Origin: Candidatus Woesebacteria bacterium
GTDB lineage: Bacteria; Patescibacteriota; Microgenomatia; UBA8517
Direction of reading: 5' to 3'
Assembly (NCBI GenBank): GCA_016432365.1
Contig: CP066686.1
Coordinates: 474,906-538,905, forward strand
Length of the DNA stretch: 64,000 bases
In this document: one piece after another, positions 1 to 9,596 of the stretch
Layout of the letters: each line of letters starts with the position of its first letter
Numbering within the stretch: position 1 is the first letter of the stretch
The notes under the pieces: generated by a model
Seen by the model: the letters and a program-made list of their open reading frames with translations, nothing else
Databases searched by the model: none
Told to the model about the DNA's origin: nothing
Program-made: the position numbers and the translations under genes

Positions 1-979
1 TGTTATTTTTGAAAAGAAATTTGTGCACACGGAAAGCCTTCTTTCGGGATATTTCGATTACAGACAACATTTTGTGAATTTATATAAACTTTTTATTTCC
101 CGAGAGTGGGGATATGGCTCGTCAGGTTTTCCCAACGAAAAGCTAAACCTATCACTTGGAATTGTGCAGTGGGTCACGGGGTTAGTTATCCTACCTGTTT
201 TGGCAATTTTTAATTTTCGTAAAAACAAGAAAGTTTCATTGTTCGCTTTCGGTTTGATTTTTTTAACACTCCTTAGCATCTTCATGATACATATGAAATC
301 GAGTTTTATTTGGGCGCTTATTCCGCCCCTGTGGTATCTGCAGTTCCCGTGGAGATTTTTGGCCGTATGTATCTTTTTACTCTGTGTCTTATCGGGATTT
401 GCCGTCTATTTTGCAGGACGATTTAAGTATGTTTTGGGGATAGTTTTAGTTATTGCTTCTTTTGTCCTTACAATTTCTTTTTATATTCCAAAAAGCTGGT
501 TAAATATAACTGATACCGACAAGTTTTCGGATATATCTTGGGAAAAGCAACTCACGATTAGCATCTTTGATTACTTGCCGATTTATGGGATATTGCCTCC
601 ATGGAGCAAAGCTCCGGAATTTCCGGAAGTTTTATACGGAGTCGTGAAGTTTTTGGAATATAAAAAGGGGAGTGATTTTCAAACGGGGACAGTCGAGGTG
701 TCAAAGGATTCTCTTATTCGTGTTCCACTTTTTGATTTTCCCGGTATGGTTGTCAGAGTTGATGAAAAAATAGTTTCTCATATTAATGATAATTGCAGTG
801 AAGAGAGGTACTGTCGCGGACTCATTACTTTTTCGGTTCCTTCAGGAAAACACAATATTGATATCAGGCTCTCAGATACTCCGATTAGAAAAATCGGTAA
901 CACTTTAACCTTATTAAGTTTTTTAGCTGTGATACTACTGGCAATATCATTTAAAAGAAATGAAAAAAATACTACTTAA
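1..979 (+). CDS. YfhO-family GT-C membrane glycosyltransferase-like protein, C-terminal ~320 aa (5' end lies upstream of the window)
   Basis: Frame 2 is open from nt 2 with no in-frame ATG near 23. Contains the QFPWRFL motif and the C-terminal FDFPGMVVRVDEK...SGKHNIDIRL block shared with the paralogs at 3262, 4889 and 11411. Confidence 0.55.
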   Translation, partial: VIFEKKFVHTESLLSGYFDYRQHFVNLYKLFISREWGYGSSGFPNEKLNLSLGIVQWVTGLVILPVLAIFNFRKNKKVSLFAFGLIFLTLLSIFMIHMKSSFIWALIPPLWYLQFPWRFLAVCIFLLCVLSGFAVYFAGRFKYVLGIVLVIASFVLTISFYIPKSWLNITDTDKFSDISWEKQLTISIFDYLPIYGILPPWSKAPEFPEVLYGVVKFLEYKKGSDFQTGTVEVSKDSLIRVPLFDFPGMVVRVDEKIVSHINDNCSEERYCRGLITFSVPSGKHNIDIRLSDTPIRKIGNTLTLLSFLAVILLAISFKRNEKNTT

Positions 980-3284
980 GATCTGGCCTTTTATAAGTAT
1001 GATTTTTATTGTCCTTGTTTTTTTTTGGAAAGTTTTAATATTAGGGGAAGTTCCGATTCCCGGAGACTTCATTGTAGGGACATACTACCCTTGGTTAGAT
1101 TATAAATGGAATTATCAGGTCGGTGTTCCTGTGAAGAATCCAATTACTTCTGACGTCGTGTCAATTGTGTATCCTCTTAGGAGCTTCGCAACGGAGATTC
1201 TTAAACAGGGGCATTTGCCTTTATGGAATCCATTTATGTTTAATGGGACCCCTCTTCTTGCTGATTTTCAGGTTGCTGTTTTGTCGCCTACTATGATATT
1301 TTATTTTTTCCTTCCTAAAATTTGGGCTTGGACTTCTCAGATTGTGGCCCAGCCAATCTTAGCCAGTTTTTTTACTTACTTGCTTTTAAGGCATTTCGGT
1401 TTGAAAAAAATCGAATCCATTTTCGGGGGGATTTTCTATGCTTTTAGTGGATTCAATATTATATGGATGGAATGGAATGCCAACACCCTTACGGCTGCTT
1501 TTATTCCACTTTCGATTTTATTAGTTGATAAATTTATTAAGGAGGGAAAATTATATTGGGGATTACTCCTATCGGTGTGTATTTGTTTTCAAATACTTTC
1601 AGGTTATCCGCAAGTTGCAATATACGGAATGATGGCGATTTTAATACTTCTATATTTTCGTATAAAAATATTAACAAAACTGAAGATTTTTCAGACATTA
1701 TTTTTTATAACTTCGGGATTGTTGCTTTCGTCAATTATTGTGGTTCCTGGATTAGAATTTATTTTAAATTCTCAAAGAAGGTATGGACTATTAGAATCTA
1801 ATTTAATATATTTTCCCTGGCAAAACCTAATAACTTTTCTTGCCCCTGATTATTTTGGGAATCCTGCCACGATCAACTACTTTGGTCTAGGTAATTATAC
1901 AGTCAATGCTGGTTACTCGGGCATTGTTGTATTTACCCTTGCGATAATAGGCATTTTTCAGTACTGGGGAAAAATAGAAGTCAAATACTTTTTGACCCTT
2001 ATAGTATTAGCTCTTTTAATGACACTTCCCACCCCCATAGCTAAAGCTATTTTTAATTCTCCGATCCCCGCAATCTCGGCATCTTCAACAACTAGGATTT
2101 TGGTGTTAGTAAATTTATCTTTGTGCATTCTCGCTGCATACGGAATCTCCACTTTGTTTAACAAGAAAAAGGTAGCAAGTATTGGTATGGTTTTCATACC
2201 ACTAATTATTCTTTCAATAGTCTCAGTGTTTACTTTTTTCATAGGAATACATAGCAGTGTTTCTTTAAGGAATATGATATTGCCGATAGCGCTTTCTGTT
2301 TCGACAATAGTTTCTCTGCTAATAATAAATACCCCGCAGGTAACTAAAAATTTTAAATACACACTGATCATAGGAGTATGTTTTTTAGCAGTAGCGGAAC
2401 TTTTTAGATATGGGTGGAAATATACTCCGTTTTCTTCGCCAAAATTAATCTTTCCAGATACGCCGGTTCTAACTTTTTTTCAAGATATTAAAAAACCATT
2501 CAGGTTTTCGGCCGGTAATGTAGTGCCAATGAACATGTGGGTTCCTTACGATCTCGAGTCGGTTTCGGGTTATGATGCCTTATATCCAATACGGTGGGCC
2601 AGATTATTGAATACAATAAATAACCAAGATATTCAATTTACAACCTTTTCTTATTACGCGCCCTTCGAACATTATAATAGTCCTTGGTTTGATTTATTAA
2701 ATAACGAATATCTGATGGTGCTTAAACCGGCAGATAAGCCCGAAAATTGGCCATTGATTAAACAGGTGCAAAAATTAGGTAAATTTAAACAAGTTTTTCA
2801 GGATAAATCTGTTGTGATTTTTAAAAATACCACAGCTGCACCCAGAGCATTTTTTGTTTCAGACTGGGATATTAAATCAGATGAGGATGCCCTTTCTGTT
2901 TTAATGGCTCCGAATTTTCCTCTTGATAAGAAGATAATAATTGATAGAAATATTAATTTTGTTAAAAGTAAAGATTCGCAAAGCAACGTAGTATACAGTT
3001 TATATACGCCAACCAAAAGTATTCTTAATATAAACACCAATAAAGACGGATTTTTGTTTGTATCCGATGCATGGTATCCTGGATGGAAGGCTAAAGTGGA
3101 CGGAAACGACACTTATGTATATAAAGCAGATTATTCATTTCGTGCAGTGCCGGTTACCAGCGGGACTCATGAGGTGGAATTTTGGTACGAACCCGAATCT
3201 TTGAAGTTGGGGCAAATTCTGTCTCTAGCAACAATGGTATGCTTATTGGGGGTATTTATATATGAAAATAAAGTTTTTTCTTAA
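960..3284 (+). CDS. YfhO-family polytopic membrane protein (GT-C type, lipid-linked sugar transferase candidate), 774 aa
   Basis: ATG start at 960. Many TM segments. N-terminal HLPLWNPFMFNGTPLLADFQ block and C-terminal AWYPGWKAKVDGNDTYVYKADYSFRAVPVTSGTHEVEFWYEP block are typical of the YfhO family (recalled from B. subtilis YfhO). Confidence 0.6.
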   Translation: MKKILLKIWPFISMIFIVLVFFWKVLILGEVPIPGDFIVGTYYPWLDYKWNYQVGVPVKNPITSDVVSIVYPLRSFATEILKQGHLPLWNPFMFNGTPLLADFQVAVLSPTMIFYFFLPKIWAWTSQIVAQPILASFFTYLLLRHFGLKKIESIFGGIFYAFSGFNIIWMEWNANTLTAAFIPLSILLVDKFIKEGKLYWGLLLSVCICFQILSGYPQVAIYGMMAILILLYFRIKILTKLKIFQTLFFITSGLLLSSIIVVPGLEFILNSQRRYGLLESNLIYFPWQNLITFLAPDYFGNPATINYFGLGNYTVNAGYSGIVVFTLAIIGIFQYWGKIEVKYFLTLIVLALLMTLPTPIAKAIFNSPIPAISASSTTRILVLVNLSLCILAAYGISTLFNKKKVASIGMVFIPLIILSIVSVFTFFIGIHSSVSLRNMILPIALSVSTIVSLLIINTPQVTKNFKYTLIIGVCFLAVAELFRYGWKYTPFSSPKLIFPDTPVLTFFQDIKKPFRFSAGNVVPMNMWVPYDLESVSGYDALYPIRWARLLNTINNQDIQFTTFSYYAPFEHYNSPWFDLLNNEYLMVLKPADKPENWPLIKQVQKLGKFKQVFQDKSVVIFKNTTAAPRAFFVSDWDIKSDEDALSVLMAPNFPLDKKIIIDRNINFVKSKDSQSNVVYSLYTPTKSILNINTNKDGFLFVSDAWYPGWKAKVDGNDTYVYKADYSFRAVPVTSGTHEVEFWYEPESLKLGQILSLATMVCLLGVFIYENKVFS

Positions 3285-4917
3285 TAATCATTTCTGGATT
3301 TTGATTTTTGCTCTTTCGGCTCTTGTCGTCTGGCCGTTATTTATGCCCGGATATTTTTCTCATCACGACAATCTTCAGGCGATGAGGATTTTTGAGATGA
3401 GGAAGTGTTTTGCCGATTTCCAAATCCCTTGCCGATGGGTTCCCGATATGGGTTACGGAAACGGGTACCCACTTTTTAATTTTTATGGTCCTCTATCTTA
3501 CTATTTAGGAGCCGTTGTGAGTTTTATTTTAGGCTACATTTGGTCAGCAAAACTTTTGTTTTTTCTTCCATTAGTTGTTGGTGGGCTGGGGATGTATCTT
3601 CTGGGAAGAGAACTTTTTGGAAAGATTCCCGGAGCCGTTTCCGCAATACTTTATTTGTTTGCGCCGTACAGGGCGCTAGATTCATACGTAAGAGGGGCTG
3701 TGGGGGAGAGTTTTGCGCTTGCAATCATCCCCTTTGTTTATTACTTGTATTTAAGATTGATTAAAACTAAAGAAAAGAAATATTTTGCACTCGCCATAGT
3801 TTCGATGTCGCTTCTTTTGGTGTCCCACAACATAATGACATTAATTTTTACACCACTGATAATTATATGGGTTTTCTTTTTGTTATATAGAGACAAATGG
3901 AATGGATTAAAAATTGCAATTTTGAGCTTGGGTTTGGCCGTCGGCCTTTCGGCTTTTTTCATTCTACCCGCATTTTTAGAAAAGAGTTTAGTCCAAACGG
4001 AAGCATTGACCAGAAATGAATTGGATTTCAGGGCTCAGTTTGTAAAGGTTTCACAATTATTTATTGACAGGTCGTGGAATTATTCGGGATCCCAGCCCCA
4101 GTCTGCTAATACAATTTCTTACCAAATTGGTTGGCCCCATTGGTGGCTTGTGGTTTTGTCTCTTGTTGCTGTGATTTTTTGTAAGAAAAGAAAAGACATC
4201 GCACTTTTTACTTTTTACTTTTTACTTTTTACTTTTGGAGTGTATATGACTCACAATAAATCATCTTTTATCTGGGAATATATAAAAATATTGGCTTATA
4301 TTCAGTTTCCGTGGAGATTTTTGTCAGTTGTAATTCTTTCGTCAAGCTTACTCGGTGGTTATTTTATATTTATCTTTAAAGGTAAGGTTCGCTACCTATT
4401 CGCTATCACCTTTTCGTTATTAGCCATATTATTGAACTGGCAGTATTTCAAGCCAGAGCATTTCTATTTCAACCTGACAGACAAAGAGCTTCTTTCCGGC
4501 CAAAACTTTATCGACCAGCAAAAGGGTGCTCTTTTAGACTATCTTCCCAAAACGGCACTTGAACCCAGAGAGCTTGCTCCGGATGCGCCGTATGTGGTTT
4601 CGGGAAAGGCGGAAATATTTGATTTTATAAATAAATCAAATAGGTGGACGTTTAAAACAGACGCTGTAAGCGAGTCGAAGGTGGAGATACCGGTTTTTGA
4701 TTTTCCGGGTTGGACCGTATTTGTGAACGGTAAAGAAGTTGTCCACACAAACGACAATGTTTTGGGTAGAATTGGCGTAACTATACCGGGAGGAAAATCG
4801 AATGTCGAAGGAAAATTCAAAAATACACCCATAAGAATTTTGGGGAACACCCTTACGGGGTTAAGTTTTGTTTTATTGGTATTAATATATGCAAAAGGTA
4901 AAAAACTTTTTAGCTAA
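3262..4917 (+). CDS. YfhO-like GT-C membrane protein paralog (HHD...FPWRFL...FDFPGW family), 551 aa
   Basis: ATG at 3262, overlapping the upstream gene by 23 nt. Motifs SHHDNLQAMRIFEM, YIQFPWRFL and C-terminal FDFPGWTVFVNGKEVVH. Multi-TM. Confidence 0.55.
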   Translation: MKIKFFLNNHFWILIFALSALVVWPLFMPGYFSHHDNLQAMRIFEMRKCFADFQIPCRWVPDMGYGNGYPLFNFYGPLSYYLGAVVSFILGYIWSAKLLFFLPLVVGGLGMYLLGRELFGKIPGAVSAILYLFAPYRALDSYVRGAVGESFALAIIPFVYYLYLRLIKTKEKKYFALAIVSMSLLLVSHNIMTLIFTPLIIIWVFFLLYRDKWNGLKIAILSLGLAVGLSAFFILPAFLEKSLVQTEALTRNELDFRAQFVKVSQLFIDRSWNYSGSQPQSANTISYQIGWPHWWLVVLSLVAVIFCKKRKDIALFTFYFLLFTFGVYMTHNKSSFIWEYIKILAYIQFPWRFLSVVILSSSLLGGYFIFIFKGKVRYLFAITFSLLAILLNWQYFKPEHFYFNLTDKELLSGQNFIDQQKGALLDYLPKTALEPRELAPDAPYVVSGKAEIFDFINKSNRWTFKTDAVSESKVEIPVFDFPGWTVFVNGKEVVHTNDNVLGRIGVTIPGGKSNVEGKFKNTPIRILGNTLTGLSFVLLVLIYAKGKKLFS

Positions 4918-6493
4918 ACCCGCACACCAAAAATTTGGTGGTGTGGGTAAATATCCCTTTCTGACGATTCTGTTATTGTCTATCCCTGCTGTTTGGGCAT
5001 TATTTGTACCGGGATATTTTGGCGCCAGCGATGACCTGCATATTGGATGGTTATTTGAGATGAATAGATCACTATCTCTCGGTCAATTTCCTCCCAGATT
5101 TGTTCCGGATCTTTCTTTTGGATTTGGCTACCCTCTTTTTAATTTTGTTTTTCCGTTACCTTTTTACATCGGAGAAATATTCCATAGGTTAGGGTTATCT
5201 TTTGTCGACAGCGTTAAAGCAATATTCCTTATAAGCGTGCCGCTTTCAATGTACTTCATGTATAAGTTTATAAAAGAGTATGCAAACGAGTTCTTGGCGC
5301 TTGCGGGGGCTGTTTTATATGTTTATACCCCGTATAGGGCTACAGACATATATGTCAGGGGGGCAATAGGGGAAATATTGGCGTTTGTTTTCCCTCCACT
5401 AATTGCTTTTGCGATCGCAAAGATAGGTAAAGACAAATCGGCTAAATGGATATGTCTTCTGTCATTGGGTGTAGCGGGACTTATCTTATCTCACGATATC
5501 ATGGCCTATATGTTTATTCCGTTTTTGGCTTTATTTGCGTTGGTACAATGGAAAGGATTACTCAGGTCTGTTTACGGATTTATATTGGGTCTCTTAGTAA
5601 GTTTGTATTTTTGGCTTCCGGCGCTCGTTGAGAGCAAGTTGATGAAGTATGGGACGGGAAATTTTGATTTTATTGATCATTTCCCCACCCTTAGACAACT
5701 GGTCACTCCGTATTTTGGATACGGCGCGTCAGTCCCGGGGCCCTATGACGGAATGAGTTTTTTTATGGGTGCGATAAATGTATTGTTGATTGTCGCCGCA
5801 ATAGTTTTTGTCAAGAAAGGTAGGATAGTTATATATTGGGCGCTTTTTACAATAGCCGTTTCTGTGTTTCTGATGAATTTTAGATCTACTTCTTTATGGA
5901 AAATCATTCCATACTTACCGTACTTTCAGTTTCCATGGAGGTTTTTAAGTTTAACTACGTTTACAACTTCAGTTCTTGTAATATTGTTCGATAAATTCAA
6001 ATTTGCGAAGGCTATTGGTGTCGTAATTATTCTTGCGGCCATCGCTCTTAATTTTACAAATTACAAACCACATGACTTTTTAGGGAGAACTGATGCTTAT
6101 TATTTAAATAGATATATTCCGTTCCCTGTTGCCTCTGCCGAATACCTTAAAACTCAGGAAGAGTATTTGCGCTTACCGGCCGCAACAGAAGTACGACCTG
6201 ATAAAATCTCCCCAAACTCCGGAATGAATACTACATTCAATGTAAGCTATACAAAAGAAACTGTTTATGATTATTACAAATACTATTTCCCTGGATGGGT
6301 GGTTTCAGTTGACGGGAAACAGGTAGAAGTCTACGCCGGCAAACCGTATGGTCAGGTTGAGTTTAAGGTTCCCGCGGGGGAACATCAGGTCGAAGTAGCA
6401 TTTCGGGAAACAAAGTTTAGGGGAATATTAGATATAATTTCCTTGCTGAGTATTCTGGGTATTGTTACAATGCTTGTTAGAAAAAACAAATGA
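4889..6493 (+). CDS. YfhO-like GT-C membrane protein paralog, 534 aa
   Basis: ATG at 4889. Motifs ASDDLHIGWLFEM, YFQFPWRFL and YYFPGWVVSVDGKQVEVY. Overlaps its upstream neighbour by 29 nt. Confidence 0.55.
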   Translation: MQKVKNFLAKPAHQKFGGVGKYPFLTILLLSIPAVWALFVPGYFGASDDLHIGWLFEMNRSLSLGQFPPRFVPDLSFGFGYPLFNFVFPLPFYIGEIFHRLGLSFVDSVKAIFLISVPLSMYFMYKFIKEYANEFLALAGAVLYVYTPYRATDIYVRGAIGEILAFVFPPLIAFAIAKIGKDKSAKWICLLSLGVAGLILSHDIMAYMFIPFLALFALVQWKGLLRSVYGFILGLLVSLYFWLPALVESKLMKYGTGNFDFIDHFPTLRQLVTPYFGYGASVPGPYDGMSFFMGAINVLLIVAAIVFVKKGRIVIYWALFTIAVSVFLMNFRSTSLWKIIPYLPYFQFPWRFLSLTTFTTSVLVILFDKFKFAKAIGVVIILAAIALNFTNYKPHDFLGRTDAYYLNRYIPFPVASAEYLKTQEEYLRLPAATEVRPDKISPNSGMNTTFNVSYTKETVYDYYKYYFPGWVVSVDGKQVEVYAGKPYGQVEFKVPAGEHQVEVAFRETKFRGILDIISLLSILGIVTMLVRKNK

Positions 6494-7842
6494 CAAAAAA
6501 AATCCTCATGGTTCTAACGATAGGAGTTTTAATCCGGTTGTTCTTGGCATTTTCGACATTTCATTCGGATGTCCAGCCGTTCTATTTTGCCGGCGAGGTG
6601 ATTGCCAAAGGAAATGTTTTAAATTTTTACGACTATTTAAGGAACTTGCCTACGCACGACCCGATTTTGAAAATCTATCCTGCTAACCTCTTTAATTACC
6701 CGCCTTTGGTTTACTTTTTCTTGGGCCCGATCAGTTATTTAGTCTCCCTTCCATTCAGCAGAGATCTTCTTCATGGCTTTATATTCAATTTGCCCGCACT
6801 TTTGGGCAATATTCAACTTAATTTTTTGCTACTTATTCTAAAATTTCCGTACCTGCCTTTTGATTTGGGGATAGCCGCTTTACTTTATAAATTTTTCAAA
6901 GATCCCAAAAACAAATTTTTGGCGTTTACCCTATGGATGTTTAATCCTATTAACTTATACGCAACATATATGATGGGACAGTTTGATGTTATCCCCACAT
7001 TTCTGGCCGTTCTTGCGCTTTTTGTGGCTGTCAAAAAAGAAAAATATTTTTTGGCGGCACTGTTTCTGGGATTGGGTGCTTCTTTTAAGATATTCCCGTT
7101 TTTATTTCTTGTACCGCTCGCGTTGATGAAGAGTAAGTGGTTGGATAGAATTAAAATCCTTGGAATCGGAACGTTAACATATCTTGCAACCATCCTACCT
7201 TTCATAAATTCACACGGATTTAGAGCTACTGCCTTACTTGCCGGTCAAACAACAAAAAGTTTGTATGCTACGCTTCCCATATCGGGTGGGGAGGCTATAA
7301 TATTTTTTCCTTTTTTTATACTTTTTACATATATTATTTTCTTTTTCATCAAGGGTACGGCAGACAATCTCTGGCAAAGATTTTTTATGGTGATTTTACT
7401 CTTCTTTGTTTTTACCCATACCCATCCTCAATGGTTTTTATGGTTAACGCCGTTTTTAGTTATTGATTTAATTAAGTCGCGTTTTTCCCATTGGCCGCTA
7501 ACCATTACATTGTTTGTGGTCTGGCTTGGACAGGTGACTTTTTTTGACCCGGGTCTGTCTGTTTGGCTTTTCTCTCCAATTTCTCCAGGCCTCTATGGCC
7601 TGCCTGGTATTTGGACCAATCTGGGAATAAATTTAGACATAAACTTTGCAAGAAGTATCTTACAAACTGTGTTTGTTTCGGTGGCCGCCTATTTTATTTA
7701 TAACAGCATTCAAGAAGACCTCGCAGCTCGCTGCGAGGATGAATTGAACGCCGATATGTCATCCTCCCTTAAGGGGAAACCTCGCACTTTAGTGCGTGGA
7801 GGATATCATAATTATTTCCCCAAAAAAGTTGATAAAAAATGA
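6490..7842 (+). CDS. DUF2029/GT87-like polytopic membrane glycosyltransferase candidate, 450 aa (C-terminal ~40 codons run through a GC-rich palindromic element)
   Basis: ATG at 6490 (ATGA overlap). Motif GLGASFKIFPFLFLVPLAL resembles the K(I/L)YP region of the DUF2029 / alpha-mannosyltransferase GT-C family. Multi-TM. Confidence 0.45.
   Translation: MTKKILMVLTIGVLIRLFLAFSTFHSDVQPFYFAGEVIAKGNVLNFYDYLRNLPTHDPILKIYPANLFNYPPLVYFFLGPISYLVSLPFSRDLLHGFIFNLPALLGNIQLNFLLLILKFPYLPFDLGIAALLYKFFKDPKNKFLAFTLWMFNPINLYATYMMGQFDVIPTFLAVLALFVAVKKEKYFLAALFLGLGASFKIFPFLFLVPLALMKSKWLDRIKILGIGTLTYLATILPFINSHGFRATALLAGQTTKSLYATLPISGGEAIIFFPFFILFTYIIFFFIKGTADNLWQRFFMVILLFFVFTHTHPQWFLWLTPFLVIDLIKSRFSHWPLTITLFVVWLGQVTFFDPGLSVWLFSPISPGLYGLPGIWTNLGINLDINFARSILQTVFVSVAAYFIYNSIQEDLAARCEDELNADMSSSLKGKPRTLVRGGYHNYFPKKVDKK
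7719..7803 (+). repeat. GC-rich multi-hairpin palindromic element (copy A) embedded in the last ~40 codons of gene 6490..7842
   Basis: CCTCGCAGC-TC-GCTGCGAGG (7719..7738). GGATGA-N16-TCATCC (7737..7764). CGCAC-TTTA-GTGCG with TCCTCC/GGAGGA outer pairing (7762..7803). Local GC is far above the surroundings. Confidence 0.4.
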
Positions 7843-9485
7843 TTATCTTAACGGTTTTAACTATCTTGGGTGTAATTTTTCAAGGCGTTGCCATGTTTCG
7901 AAGCGGGTGGCTTTATAATTACGGCGTAGGGTATTTTGGCCCGCTTGCGCGAGACGGAGTATGGCACGAAGCGCTTGCCGGGCAGTTGAATAAAAGTATT
8001 CCTCCCGTTAACCCCGGGCTTGCCGGGCAGGTGTTAACTAATTACCATTATTTTTTCGATATTTTGGTGGCCAAGATCTCGCAATTCACTTTTTTCTCGC
8101 CTCAATTTTTAATTTATCGGTTGTTTCCGGTTATATTTTCCATTCTTCTCGGAATCGGAACGTACAAATTAGCCAACATTCTTTTCAAAGATAAAAAAAC
8201 TGGCCTTTGGGCTGTATTTTTTGCCTATTTTGCAAGTAGTTTTGGCTGGATTGTGAGCCTTGCAAAACACCAACCTTTGGCCGGAGAATCGGCGTTTTGG
8301 GCTAACCAGCCGGTTTCGATGAACCTTAACCCCCCCTATGCAATATCGTTGGTCATAATAATTTTTTCAGTAATTCTTTTAGATTTATATTTAAAAAAAC
8401 CGAACTTTTTAAAAGGTTTTATTTTATCAATTGCGATTGGTTCTCTGGTTGGTTTTAAAGCATATGCTGGCGCAATATGTCTCGGTGCTTTATTTGTTTT
8501 GACGTTAAAGAAAATATTTTTCGACAAAAATTTCAGTCTTCTGCCGGTGTTTATTTTTTCAGCAAGTGTATTCACCATCATCTATCTATCAATTAGTAAG
8601 GGAGCTGCGGGTCTTGTCGGATTTCAACCACTTTGGCTAATCGATACAATGATTGACGCCGGAGACAGGGTCGGTATTCCCAATTTTACCGCAAGAAGAT
8701 TTGCATATTTAGGGGGTCAGAAATGGTTACATTTTGGTTTAATAGAGATCATTGGCCTGTCAATATTTTTTATTGGAAATTTGGGGACGCGTATTGTTGG
8801 ACTCTGGGGATTTAGTAAAAAGTTTTTCAAAGAAGATTTGCACCTATTTATATTTTTGGTGATGGGTGTATCTATTATACCCACGCTTCTGTTCGTTCAA
8901 AAAGGAAACCCTTGGAATATTATTCAATTTTTTTATTATTTCTTATATTTCGCCGGGTTATATGCTGCGAATTCCATAAAAAAGTTTCCGGTATTTCTTA
9001 TGGTTGCGATAGTTCTGATTACACCTATTAGTTCGATCGCTACGTTCCGTAGTTGGCTTTATCCCAACCCCCCGGCTTATCTGTCCGGTATGGAATACAC
9101 CGCCTTAAAATATCTCTCTACTCAGGCAGACGGCACCGTCTTAAAGCATCCGTTCGATAGAGATATGCGTGGTAAATTCAAAGATCCGTATCCATTAAGT
9201 GTTTATGCAGATAATTCGTATGTGTCCGCCTATTCCGGAAAAAGTGTATACATTGAAGACGTTGAGCAACAGATAATCCTTAATACTGATTATGAAACAA
9301 GGGTAAAAAATGCCGACAGGTTTTTTGTTGAAAAAGATTTGAAGTGGTCAAGTAAGTTTTTGAAAGATAACGATATACGTTATGTTTATTTGCCCAAGAT
9401 CTATCAATTGCCAATGGCCGAAGAAGAGTATCCAATAAAAAAGATTTTTGAGAACAATGCTGTTAATATATATAAAGTACAATAG
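7839..9485 (+). CDS. Polytopic membrane protein, probable GT-C glycosyltransferase (GVWHEALAGQ...NYHYFFD family), 548 aa
   Basis: ATG at 7839 (ATGA overlap). Many TM segments. Paralog of the minus-strand gene 13100..15004 (shared DGVWH...L.NYH.F.D, FWA.QP, GNPP blocks). Confidence 0.45.
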   Translation: MIILTVLTILGVIFQGVAMFRSGWLYNYGVGYFGPLARDGVWHEALAGQLNKSIPPVNPGLAGQVLTNYHYFFDILVAKISQFTFFSPQFLIYRLFPVIFSILLGIGTYKLANILFKDKKTGLWAVFFAYFASSFGWIVSLAKHQPLAGESAFWANQPVSMNLNPPYAISLVIIIFSVILLDLYLKKPNFLKGFILSIAIGSLVGFKAYAGAICLGALFVLTLKKIFFDKNFSLLPVFIFSASVFTIIYLSISKGAAGLVGFQPLWLIDTMIDAGDRVGIPNFTARRFAYLGGQKWLHFGLIEIIGLSIFFIGNLGTRIVGLWGFSKKFFKEDLHLFIFLVMGVSIIPTLLFVQKGNPWNIIQFFYYFLYFAGLYAANSIKKFPVFLMVAIVLITPISSIATFRSWLYPNPPAYLSGMEYTALKYLSTQADGTVLKHPFDRDMRGKFKDPYPLSVYADNSYVSAYSGKSVYIEDVEQQIILNTDYETRVKNADRFFVEKDLKWSSKFLKDNDIRYVYLPKIYQLPMAEEEYPIKKIFENNAVNIYKVQ

Positions 9486-9529
9486 CGAACTCAAAACAAA
9501 ATGGAGAATTAATACATTTTTTGAGTTCG
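9486..9529 (+). terminator. Stem-loop (11-bp stem CGAACTCAAAA / TTTTGAGTTCG, ~22-nt loop) immediately after the stop of gene 7839..9485; possible terminator or attenuator, no clean U-tail
   Basis: Read directly. Begins 1 nt after the TAG at 9483..9485. Confidence 0.35.
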
Positions 9530-9553
9530 GTATATAGGAATACTACGTTTGCC

Positions 9554-9584
9554 AAACAAAATGTCAAAAAGTGACATTTTGTTT
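9554..9584 (+). promoter_or_regulatory. 13-bp perfect inverted repeat AAACAAAATGTCA-N5-TGACATTTTGTTT (core TGTCA-N5-TGACA), 12 nt upstream of ATG 9597: candidate operator or RNA hairpin
   Basis: Read directly: 9554..9566 is the reverse complement of 9572..9584. Confidence 0.45.
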
Positions 9585-9596
9585 TAAGATGACTAT

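Noticed and set aside
1958-2371. 137-aa minus-strand ORF inside the YfhO-like gene 960..3284. Similar antisense ORFs are 39021..39461 (146 aa), 2798..3112, 13566..13847, 22487..22877 and 30771..31109.
   Set aside because: They lie fully antisense to long, motif-supported genes, have no recognisable motifs, and are of a length expected by chance in AT-rich DNA on the opposite strand of real genes.
4204-4224. Three tandem copies of CTTTTTA inside gene 3262..4917.
   Set aside because: Encodes a hydrophobic TM stretch (LFTFYFLLFTF) in T-rich sequence. Too short to call a functional repeat.
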